Shown: piece by piece, positions 28,794-37,228 of the stretch
How the letters are laid out: each line of letters starts with the position of its first letter
Numbering within the stretch: the stretch's first letter is position 1
Source: Clostridia bacterium
GTDB taxonomy: Bacteria > Bacillota > Clostridia > Oscillospirales > CAG-272
Reading direction: 5' to 3'
NCBI GenBank assembly: GCA_017504625.1
Contig: JAFVQU010000012.1
Span: 13,112-77,111 of the forward strand
Length of the DNA: 64,000 bases
Position numbers and translations under genes: made by a program
Notes under the pieces: generated by a model
What the model saw: only the letters and a program-made list of their open reading frames with translations
The model's database searches: none
Told to the model about the DNA's origin: nothing

Positions 28794-29094
28794 TTTACAT
28801 TCCTCTTTTTTTGCAAATTCCACGACACGCCCCAAGGAGCGTTAACGTCTTAATTAAATTATAAACGTCTTACTTTAAAAATTTAGTCGGAACTTATGAG
28901 CGCATTTTTTCTTTTTTCGTCTTATTTTCGCATCACTCGGTAAAGAAGATCGTAATATGTCAACGCCATGGCAGATTAAGGTCGCAAACGAGGGAAAGCT
29001 ATCGCTTGCAGTCGACCGATTTTTGCAAATCGGTAAAAAAATCGGTCAGATTTTGACGTCTTAAAAAATTCACAAATTATTTTTCAAAAAGCTA

Positions 29095-29123
29095 TTTACT
29101 TATGCGAACATTTGTGCTATAAT
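29095..29123 (+). promoter_or_regulatory. Sigma-A promoter with a near-consensus LexA box in the spacer
   Basis: TTTACT-17-TATAAT; CGAACATTTGTGCT at 29105-29118. Confidence 0.55.
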
Positions 29124-29155
29124 TGTAATGCACAAAAAAGAAAGGGGTGCAAATC

Positions 29156-29647
29156 ATGGCAGAAGAAAAGAAAATAAGCACAGTTTGCTTTACAGGGCAT
29201 CGAGATATAGACAAAAAATCGGCATTTAAGATACCCGCTCTGCTTAAGGCGCACCTCCGCAAATATATCGAGATGGGCGCATACCGTTTCCGCGTTGGCG
29301 GCGCGCTCGGCTTTGACACGGTAGCCGCGCTCTGCGTGCTTGAATTATTGCCCGAATATCCGCACCTTGAGCTTGAGCTGGTCATCCCCTGCCCCGAGCA
29401 GACGAAGGGCTGGAGTGACGAGTGCCGCAAGGTATACAATTACGTTATGGCAAACGCCAAAAAAGTAGAATGCGTAAGCGACCGATATACAAGCCACTGT
29501 ATGTACGACCGCAACCGCGCGCTCGTCGATAAAAGTCAGGTCTGCATCGCCTTTCTGCAAAAAAACACGGGCGGCACGGCGTATACCTTCGCCTACGCGC
29601 TGAAAAAAGGTCTTGAGGTAATAAATATTTACGACGAAATAAAATAA
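29156..29647 (+). CDS. SLOG superfamily (YspA/DUF1273-like) protein
   Basis: CFTGHR, GGALGFD, RNRALVD and GGTAYT motifs. Confidence 0.88.
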   Translation: MAEEKKISTVCFTGHRDIDKKSAFKIPALLKAHLRKYIEMGAYRFRVGGALGFDTVAALCVLELLPEYPHLELELVIPCPEQTKGWSDECRKVYNYVMANAKKVECVSDRYTSHCMYDRNRALVDKSQVCIAFLQKNTGGTAYTFAYALKKGLEVINIYDEIK

Positions 29648-29674
29648 AGGAGATACGTCCGTATCTCCTTTTTT
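29646..29674. terminator. Bidirectional terminator
   Basis: aaaggagatacg-tc-cgtatctcctttt. Confidence 0.7.
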
Positions 29675-30590
29675 ATCTGAATGCAAATTCAAGCTTTATT
29701 TCTTCCGCGTTTTCCTCGGAATATTCAAGCTCCTCGGAAATTATCCTCGCGGGTAGGATAATATCGTCAACCGTCCTCGCGCCGTTCTTTGCGCAGAGTG
29801 AGGCAAGCAGACGCTCAAGCACAAGGCAAAGACCAAGCGATGACATAAAATCGTCAATATCCTCCGCCTCGGTACAGTGTCGGTATATGAAATATGCAAG
29901 CGCACGCTCAAGATAAACCTCGATTTTGCCATCTGTTGCGGGCGATAGTGAAAACGCTTCAAAATCATTTTTGTGGCTCTTGTCAAGATATTCAAGAGAG
30001 GCAAAAAGCTCACGCCAGCCGCGCTCGTCAAGAATATCGGGCGACACGCCGTATTCGCGCGAGAGCGCTTTCAATCTTTCAAGATACGGCAGGCTTTTAT
30101 CGGAAAGAATTAAAAAAACCTTTTCCCTTTCGGCAAGCGCATCAAAACCGCGCTCCGAGCGGCATACGTCGCCGTCAAGCTCACCTATCTCGATAATATC
30201 AGAGTAGTTTTCCGAGGTCAACACCAATCTGCAAGCCTCCTCGCAGGCAATTCCAAGCCCTACCTCTTTGCCGCGCGAGGTGTCGTTATAAAAGCGCGGA
30301 TGTTCACGGCAAATATCACAGATATAGTCCTCGCCAAGACCTAAAATTATTTTACAAAGACCGTTCCCTGTGAGGTGCGGACATCTGTCACCGTCGCAAA
30401 GTCTGAAATGCGGAACCTCGCCGTCCTCAATGCTCGCTCTTATCGCGCCGCCAAGCTCGCCTTCAAGTGACTTATACTTTTCAAGGGTATTCTCGTCAAC
30501 GTCGATCTCCCAGCCGACACAGCAGCTGTGCTTGCATCTGTCGGCAACACACTTGAAGTCCTTATAATATTCGGGTGCGTAAAGCTTCAT
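29673..30590 (-). CDS. FliB-family (flagellin lysine-N-methylase-like) protein
   Basis: FKCVADRCKHSCCVGWEI, CPHL..GLC, ICREHPRF, ACEEA. Confidence 0.8.
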   Translation of the reverse strand: MKLYAPEYYKDFKCVADRCKHSCCVGWEIDVDENTLEKYKSLEGELGGAIRASIEDGEVPHFRLCDGDRCPHLTGNGLCKIILGLGEDYICDICREHPRFYNDTSRGKEVGLGIACEEACRLVLTSENYSDIIEIGELDGDVCRSERGFDALAEREKVFLILSDKSLPYLERLKALSREYGVSPDILDERGWRELFASLEYLDKSHKNDFEAFSLSPATDGKIEVYLERALAYFIYRHCTEAEDIDDFMSSLGLCLVLERLLASLCAKNGARTVDDIILPARIISEELEYSEENAEEIKLEFAFR

Positions 30591-30594
30591 TTCA

Positions 30595-31371
30595 TCACTC
30601 TCCAATTATCCGCACGCTGACAGAACCGCTTACTATCACCTCTCTGCTGCAGTCGGTGTCGATAATCAGTCCTCCGTCGTCACTAACGCCGAAAACCCTG
30701 CCAAATCTCTCGCCGCCGTCAGCCATAGACAAAACAACGTCCTTGCCTTCAAGCATAAATCTTGCTCTGTATTCGTCCATATAGCTCTTGTCATCGGGAT
30801 TTTTCGCGTGCGCAAGCAACTTTTTTACTATCAGAGAAATCAGAGTGGCATCCTTTGCCTCAAGCTCACCTATCGACGACGCTATCTCTTTTATTTCATC
30901 AGGGAAATCACCGTCACCGATATTAATTCCAACTCCAACCGCAACGGCGTATCCAACGCTCGTTTGCCATCCCTCGACCAAGATGCCCGACACCTTGCCT
31001 GATTCGTCAAAGATATCGTTTACCCACTTTATTCGCATTTTTTTGCCGCATATTTTCTCAATAGAGGTGGCAACCGCAACCGCGGCGTGAGTCGTGACAC
31101 AGACCGCATTGCCGATCCCGTCGGCAAAATAAAGCAATGTCATATATATCCCTTTGTCACGGCGGCTTACAAAGCTTCTGCCCACTCTGCCCCTGCCCGC
31201 GCTCTGCTCGTTCGCAACGAATAGCACGGGGGCACTATTCTCTGCCTTTGCGGCATATCTTTTTGCCTCATTATTGGTCGAATCAATAACGTCGTATATC
31301 TTTATTTCAAGCGCACCGTCCGAGATCTGCTCTTTGATGCTTTTTTCAAGCTTTATGTAAGATAAGCTCAC
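30595..31371 (-). CDS. birA: Biotin protein ligase without HTH domain
   Basis: IDSTN, QSAGRGR, KWVND, KVSGILVE, GVGINI. Confidence 0.9.
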   Translation of the reverse strand: MSLSYIKLEKSIKEQISDGALEIKIYDVIDSTNNEAKRYAAKAENSAPVLFVANEQSAGRGRVGRSFVSRRDKGIYMTLLYFADGIGNAVCVTTHAAVAVATSIEKICGKKMRIKWVNDIFDESGKVSGILVEGWQTSVGYAVAVGVGINIGDGDFPDEIKEIASSIGELEAKDATLISLIVKKLLAHAKNPDDKSYMDEYRARFMLEGKDVVLSMADGGERFGRVFGVSDDGGLIIDTDCSREVIVSGSVSVRIIGE

Positions 31372-31550
31372 AACCGCGCCTCCGTTTCCAAAAATTATAA
31401 GAGTATTATATCATTTCCTCCCCGTTTTGTCAAATCTGCAGAAAGATGCGAAAAGTTTTCAATTTGGACTTGATTTTAAAGACTAAATCCATTATTATAT
31501 AGTAGTGACGTTTTGAAATATAACTTTTAAATACAGAAAGGTAAAATCCA

Positions 31551-32852
31551 ATGAACAAGTTTTTAAAAATTATAGCGCTTCTTCTCTCGATAGTGCTTTG
31601 CGCGGCATCACTTGTGTCCTGCTTTGACAAAGGATCAGATGAAACCGGCTCGAATAGCGAATCAAGCTCGGTCGGCGAGAGTGAGTCCGAGAGCGAATCC
31701 TCAAGCGAAAGCGAATCAACCAACAACGAAGGCAGCACTACAGACGAAAGATTTGACTACGCTAACACCGATCTTTCAAAATATATCACGGTTGATCCCG
31801 AGATATACAAGAATCTCACGCTCAATATTGACGCAAAATATGAGGTTACAACCGAATTGCTTGAAAAATACATAGCCGAGATCGTATCGAATTACCCCGA
31901 CATAAAAGAGGTTACCGACCGTCCCGTTGTCGAGGGCGACACGGTATACATCTACTACGAGGGCTACATTGACGGAGAGCTTTTCGCGGGCGGATCAAAT
32001 ATGTCCGACTCAGCCCCCTATCCGCTCACCATCGGCTCGGGCGATTTTATTCCCGGGTTTGAGGACGGACTTATCGGCGTTATCCCCTCCGAAACCTCAA
32101 GAGAAAATCCCACAAAGGTGTTCACCAAGTTCCCCGACAACTACGGCAATGCCGGCGTTGCGGGCAAGGAAGCGATCTTCAAGGTAGTCGTTGAGTATAT
32201 CGGCGAGGAGGTTCCCGCAGAATTTGGCGAGGAGTTCGTGATTAAGAATTTCAAATTAGATCCTGCAAACGGCGACGTGGTAGAGCAGTTCAGAAATCTC
32301 GCCATTGAGGACTTGGCCGCATCGTTCCGCAGCGTTGCGCTTCAGGAGATATACAAAAATCTTGACGGCAAGTTTGAGGTTATCGAATACCCGCAGACAG
32401 AGGTTGATTACCATTTTGATTACTACAAGTCGCAGTTTGAGGCTACATACCAGCAGTATCTTCCCTATTTCTCATCAATGGGTCTGAGCTTTGAGAATTT
32501 TGACGAATTTGCCTGCTACTACGTAGGTATTGAGGCTGGCGGAGATTGGCAAGCTGCGGTGCTAAATCAGTGCCGTCTGTACGTTGAAGAGTCACTTTAC
32601 GTTTACGGCATCGTTCAAAAAGAGGGCTCCGTTATTGACCAGAAGAGATACGACCAGAGCCTTGAATACTTGACCAACTACTATATCATGTATTATCAGA
32701 ACGCATACGGCTACACCTTCTCCGCCGAGCAAATACAGTCCATGATAAGCGTAGAGGCCGTCATCGAGCACGCGACAAACGAGCTTTTCCTTGACATCAT
32801 CCTTGAAAACGCGACTATAAATTACGTGACCTACGTTGAAGGACTTAATTAA
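31551..32852 (+). CDS. Lipoprotein with FKBP-type PPIase and trigger-factor C-terminal-like domains
   Basis: Signal peptide with LVSC lipobox, Ser/Glu linker, GDTVYIYYEG, IGSGDFIPGFEDGLIG, FPDNY..GKEAIF. Confidence 0.8.
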   Translation: MNKFLKIIALLLSIVLCAASLVSCFDKGSDETGSNSESSSVGESESESESSSESESTNNEGSTTDERFDYANTDLSKYITVDPEIYKNLTLNIDAKYEVTTELLEKYIAEIVSNYPDIKEVTDRPVVEGDTVYIYYEGYIDGELFAGGSNMSDSAPYPLTIGSGDFIPGFEDGLIGVIPSETSRENPTKVFTKFPDNYGNAGVAGKEAIFKVVVEYIGEEVPAEFGEEFVIKNFKLDPANGDVVEQFRNLAIEDLAASFRSVALQEIYKNLDGKFEVIEYPQTEVDYHFDYYKSQFEATYQQYLPYFSSMGLSFENFDEFACYYVGIEAGGDWQAAVLNQCRLYVEESLYVYGIVQKEGSVIDQKRYDQSLEYLTNYYIMYYQNAYGYTFSAEQIQSMISVEAVIEHATNELFLDIILENATINYVTYVEGLN

Positions 32853-32854
32853 AT

Positions 32855-32880
32855 AAAAAAAGCGGCTGTGCCGCTTTTTT
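32855..32880. terminator. Bidirectional terminator
   Basis: aaaaaagcggc-tgt-gccgctttttt. Confidence 0.75.
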
Positions 32881-33419
32881 TATTTGAATATTTTACGCAA
32901 GGCATTCTCTGTTCCAAGCAAAAGGATCGCGCCGAGTATTCCCGACGAGATTATCTCGCCTATACCGACCATGAGAAAATAGAATGGCAAAATCGCCGCA
33001 GTCTGCTCGCTTGGTACGGTGTAGCAAACATACACCACAAAGGAAACTATCACTGTGTTTGCGATTATGTTTGGAAGTGTGCAGAATATTTTTGCCGCCT
33101 TACCCTTGCTCAATCTGCCGATCAGATATGCTCCGAGCGCGCCTATAAAGGTCGCGACGGGGCCAAGCAGAATGTCAAGCGGCGCACAGCCTGTCAGAAG
33201 GTTTGCAAGCAAGCAGCCAAGAGTGACTCCCGGTATCGCCGCAGGCGTTATAAACGCGAGGGATACGAGTGTTTCGGAAAAGCGTATCTGTATCGCGCCC
33301 TTGTCAAGTCCGAGCGCCATTGCAAGATATGTAAGCCGAACGTAAAGGACGGCGATTATCGCCGCGCAGCACAGCCATAAAATACGCTTGTGTGTGTTGT
33401 TGGTTTTCAAGCTTTTCAT
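32880..33419 (-). CDS. queT: QueT queuosine-precursor transporter
   Basis: AIIAVLY, QIRFSE, GVTLGCLLAN, DILLGPVAT, VGIGE; preQ1 riboswitch upstream. Confidence 0.92.
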   Translation of the reverse strand: MKSLKTNNTHKRILWLCCAAIIAVLYVRLTYLAMALGLDKGAIQIRFSETLVSLAFITPAAIPGVTLGCLLANLLTGCAPLDILLGPVATFIGALGAYLIGRLSKGKAAKIFCTLPNIIANTVIVSFVVYVCYTVPSEQTAAILPFYFLMVGIGEIISSGILGAILLLGTENALRKIFK

Positions 33420-33472
33420 TTGTTTTTTCTACGGAATTTTATTCCGCGCTACCTGCGCGACGGCAGACAGCT

Positions 33473-33514
33473 CTCCTTAGTTTTATTTATAGTGAGGATG
33501 GTTTCGAACTCACT
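33473..33514 (-). ncRNA. PreQ1 class I riboswitch
   Basis: AGUGAG-UUCGAAACCAUC-CUCACU stem-loop followed by A-rich AUAAAUAAAACUAAGGAG; lies upstream of queT. Confidence 0.88.
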
Positions 33515-33526
33515 TTATTTATATAT

Positions 33527-35359
33527 TTATAGGTTTTTTAGTGCCTCGACGACCTCGCCGTACATGTAAAGCGAGCCAAGCGCAACGACGGGAAGATTTG
33601 TGTTCTCTGCCTCAGCCTTTGCCAATGCCATCGCGTCAGACACGCTCTCACAAGCGACGGCGTCAATCCCGAGCGAGATAAACTCGTCTGCATACTCCTT
33701 TGCAGGAAGCGCACGGGGATTGTCAGGCGCAAGGCAGAATACCTTTTGCGCGACCGTGGCGATTCGTGATGCCATATATCCGTGATCCTTGTCCGCCATA
33801 ACTCCCGTTACAATAAGCACCTTGCCGTCTGAAAAATATTTTTCTATGCTCTCAACCGCCGCATCGATCCCCTCGGGATTATGTCCTCCGTCGGCAATAA
33901 TAAGCGGCTCCTTCGATATTACCTCAAATCTTGCATGCCAGACGACCTTTTCAAGTCCCTCGCGTATTGCCCCCTCGCATACAGGAAATCCAAGCTCTCC
34001 GATCAACGAAAGCGCGGTCAGCGAATTTCTCGCATTTATCGGCTGATAAGAGCCGAGAAGCGCAAGGCGCAGATTTTTATAACTCATATAGTCAAAATCC
34101 GTGCCTTCAAGCGAAATAGCATTTATTTTAAGGCTATCACGGTCTACCGTATGCATCGGCGCGCCCTTGTCGGCGGCAACGGCTCTTACAACACTCTCCG
34201 CCCTCTCGTCGTTTCCGCACCAGAGAACAGGAGCTCCCGCCTTGATTATCCCCGCCTTTTCCGCGGCGATCTCCTCAATCGTGTTTCCAAGTATTGATGT
34301 ATGGTCGAGAGCTATGCCCGTGATGACCGACAAGATCGGAGTTTTTATTATATTGGTCGCGTCAAGTCTGCCGCCAAGACCGCATTCAAGCACTACTATA
34401 TCGCAGTTATTTTTTGCAAAATAAAGGAAAGCAAGCGCGGTAATAAGCTCAAACTCGGTAGGCTTGTCCTTCATTTTATCGGCGATCGGCTTTATCACCT
34501 CGACAAGCTCGCAAAGCTCTGCCTTTGAAATGTTCTCGCCGTTAATTCTCATTCTCTCGCCAAATTCAAGGATATACGGCGAGGTGAAAAGTCCAACCTT
34601 ATATCCCTGCGCTCTCAGGATCGCCTCAGTCATAGCGCAGAACGAGCCCTTGCCGTTAGTTCCCGCAACGTGAACGAATTTCAGCGAATCCTGCGGATTT
34701 CCAAGCTTTTCGCAAAGCTCTCTCACTCTCTCAAGACCGGGGTTACAGAACTGCCAGTTTGTCGAGTGGATGTATTCTATCGCTTCGTCGTATCTCATAC
34801 GTCCTACAAAAAGGTTGCCGTCCATAACCCGTCTTACAGATGCGTTCCTGTACATAATGCAGATAAGCGTTATCTCAAGCGGCGCGATAACCAAATAAAG
34901 AGGTATTCTCCAAAGGACGAGAGCACCGTAATATGAATAAAGTCCTATCGGCTTGATTATCATCGAGCAGATGATATGAGCTATTGCCGCCGATACGATT
35001 ATTCTCGCGCGCCCTCTTTTTTTGAAAACGTAGTGCGAAAGTGTACCCGAGATAACACCCATCATCGTCGCGCCCACCGTAACGATCAGGTTTATCGGGT
35101 ATGCCTGCGGCGTCATAAGATAGCTGACTATATCACTTGCCGCGCCGACCACACCGCCGACGGCAGGGCCAAACATAATGCCTGCTAACAGTATCGGCAG
35201 ATTTTCAAAGGTCACTCTGAAAAGTCCTACCCCAAAATTGAGAAAGCTTTTGCAAAAGATACCTATAACAACGCTCATAGCCGTGAGCATCGCCGCGATC
35301 GTCATTACCGCAAGACTTCCAAAAAGCCCAATGCGGCTTCTTTTTCTGCTTTTTTGCAT
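33527..35359 (-). CDS. folT-folC: Fusion of a folate ECF S-component (FolT) and folylpolyglutamate synthase (FolC)
   Basis: About 185 aa hydrophobic S-component (AAMLTAMS..GIMFGP..ASDI), then HVAGTNGKGS, FTSPY, LECGLGGRLDATN, IAAEKAGI, DGGHN, GSLY; SD aaggag. Confidence 0.92.
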   Translation of the reverse strand: MQKSRKRSRIGLFGSLAVMTIAAMLTAMSVVIGIFCKSFLNFGVGLFRVTFENLPILLAGIMFGPAVGGVVGAASDIVSYLMTPQAYPINLIVTVGATMMGVISGTLSHYVFKKRGRARIIVSAAIAHIICSMIIKPIGLYSYYGALVLWRIPLYLVIAPLEITLICIMYRNASVRRVMDGNLFVGRMRYDEAIEYIHSTNWQFCNPGLERVRELCEKLGNPQDSLKFVHVAGTNGKGSFCAMTEAILRAQGYKVGLFTSPYILEFGERMRINGENISKAELCELVEVIKPIADKMKDKPTEFELITALAFLYFAKNNCDIVVLECGLGGRLDATNIIKTPILSVITGIALDHTSILGNTIEEIAAEKAGIIKAGAPVLWCGNDERAESVVRAVAADKGAPMHTVDRDSLKINAISLEGTDFDYMSYKNLRLALLGSYQPINARNSLTALSLIGELGFPVCEGAIREGLEKVVWHARFEVISKEPLIIADGGHNPEGIDAAVESIEKYFSDGKVLIVTGVMADKDHGYMASRIATVAQKVFCLAPDNPRALPAKEYADEFISLGIDAVACESVSDAMALAKAEAENTNLPVVALGSLYMYGEVVEALKNL

Positions 35360-35430
35360 AAAAAAACTCCTTTCCTCACAGCATAGGGCGGGAAAGAAGA
35401 AACAAGCAAAGCATATTTCTTGCGCCGTAT

Positions 35431-35588
35431 GAAGCGGGATGCAAGACCTTGACCGCAGTTGTTTGTTCGCAAGGCAGAATTTTGAAAAATTTTTGCCGTT
35501 TTCAAACCGCCCGCGGTTTGAAAACAACCTTCGTCCGACAAGCAACTCCCCGTCCCGTCGGCACTTTACGCCAAAGTCTTTACTCTTC
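35431..35588 (-). ncRNA. THF riboswitch with enlarged P4 region
   Basis: GAGUA..GCGUAAAGUGCCGACGGGACGGGGAGUUGC..ACGAAG [insert] GCGGU..UGCAUCCCGCU; upstream of folT. Confidence 0.88.
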
Positions 35589-35608
35589 TTTTTAAAATTT
35601 ATACATCA

Positions 35609-35636
35609 ATTATATCACTTTTTTATTCTTTGTCAA
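35609..35636 (-). promoter_or_regulatory. Sigma-A promoter of the THF leader
   Basis: TTGACA-16-TATAAT with extended TG. Confidence 0.7.
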
Positions 35637-35765
35637 GAGCGTGATAAAAAATCTGTCTGTCCTCGAAAAATTTTTATCAAAATCACAGGTTTTGTTATTG
35701 AAGACACGCGGCGAATGTGTTATAATTAATTCAGTGTTTTTACTTTAGCTTTTGGAGGATATTCA

Positions 35766-37211
35766 ATGGTATTTTCAAGTCTTCTTTTCGTCTTTTTGTT
35801 TCTCGTGGCGTCTTACTCCATATATTTGCTGTGCGGCAAGACGATAAACGCGAAAAACGTTATACTTTTGGTATCATCGTTGATATTTTACGCATGGGGC
35901 GGCCCCGCGCTCGTGTCACTTCTCTGCCTTATGGCGTTTATCTGCTGGGCGGGTGCCATAATCATTGATAACGCCGAGCGAAAGAAGCTCCGTTTGGCTC
36001 TCTGCTGGGCTACCGTCGCCGTTTGCATAGCTATTCTCATTATTTTCAAGTACACGGTATTCGCGATTACAAACGTATACGCGCTTTTCAATATTGATTC
36101 ACCAATTCCCTCTATCGCTCTCCCAATAGGTATATCGTTTTACACCTTCCAGCTCATCTCCTACGTTATCGACGTATATCGCAGCGAAGTCAAGGCGCAG
36201 AGAAAATACTGGCATCTTTTGCTCTACGCATCGCTTTTCCATCAGTGCATAGCAGGCCCCATCGTGCGCTATGCCGACGTTGAAAACGACATTGAAAACA
36301 GAGTGATGAAGCGCGAGGAGATAAGCCGCGGTATTACTCGGTTTGCCTTCGGTCTTGCGAAAAAAGCCGTTCTTGCAAACGGATGCGGCGCAATAGTCGA
36401 CGCATTCTTCACTAATTCCGATACGGGTGCTTTGATGACGGCAGGTGAAATATCGGCGCTTCCCGCGCTTGCGGTCGTAATAGGTGTATTCACCTATATG
36501 CTTCAGCTCTATCTCGATTTCTCGGCATATTCCGATATGGCTATTGGTATGGGCCTTATGATAGGCTTCCACTACAAAGAAAACTTCAACTACCCCTACG
36601 TTGCCACCTCGGTCACTGATTTCTGGAGAAGATGGCACATCTCGCTCTCAACATTCTTCCGCGATTACGTATACATTCCCCTCGGAGGAAATAGAGTGAC
36701 CGTTCCGCGTCATATCATAAATATGTTCGTCGTTTGGGCGCTTACTGGATTCTGGCACGGAGCAAGCTGGAATTATCTTTTCTGGGGACTTTATTGGTTT
36801 GTCTTTCTCGTGCTTGAAAAGTATCTTATCAAGCCGAAGAAGAACCCCCGAGGCCTTATTCGTATAGGCCGCACCGCGCTCACTCTCGTGATCGTATTTT
36901 TCGCCTCAATGCTCTTTAAATTCGAGGATCTCTCCTCTCTCGGACAAGCATTCCTCAATCTGTTCGGCAGAAACGGATTTACCGACGCGGCAACCAATCT
37001 TGTGCTTAAGAACAATATGTTCTTTATAATATTCGCTTCGATAGTATCTACTCCCATCGTGCCTGCGGTTGCAGCTCTTGCAAGCAAAACTCGCGCAACG
37101 GCGGCAGTTTCAAAGGTCGTCGGCGCGCTTATCCCCGCCGCGCTTGTAGTCGTATCGGCTATCTGCCTTGCGGGTAACAGCTACAACCCCTTCCTCTACT
37201 TCCAATTCTGA
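35766..37211 (+). CDS. MBOAT O-acyltransferase (AlgI/PatA-like)
   Basis: LPIGISFYTFQ, GPIVRY, DFSAYSDMAIG, FWRRWHISLS, WHGA. Confidence 0.93.
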   Translation: MVFSSLLFVFLFLVASYSIYLLCGKTINAKNVILLVSSLIFYAWGGPALVSLLCLMAFICWAGAIIIDNAERKKLRLALCWATVAVCIAILIIFKYTVFAITNVYALFNIDSPIPSIALPIGISFYTFQLISYVIDVYRSEVKAQRKYWHLLLYASLFHQCIAGPIVRYADVENDIENRVMKREEISRGITRFAFGLAKKAVLANGCGAIVDAFFTNSDTGALMTAGEISALPALAVVIGVFTYMLQLYLDFSAYSDMAIGMGLMIGFHYKENFNYPYVATSVTDFWRRWHISLSTFFRDYVYIPLGGNRVTVPRHIINMFVVWALTGFWHGASWNYLFWGLYWFVFLVLEKYLIKPKKNPRGLIRIGRTALTLVIVFFASMLFKFEDLSSLGQAFLNLFGRNGFTDAATNLVLKNNMFFIIFASIVSTPIVPAVAALASKTRATAAVSKVVGALIPAALVVVSAICLAGNSYNPFLYFQF

Positions 37212-37228
37212 TGAAAGGAGAATTATTT

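Noticed and set aside
28975-29015. Possible c-di-GMP-I riboswitch (GCAAAC..GAAA)
   Set aside because: Lacks the GACGCAAA junction and the second stem.
31660-31735. Ser-Glu repeat DNA
   Set aside because: Coding low-complexity linker, not a CRISPR array or satellite.
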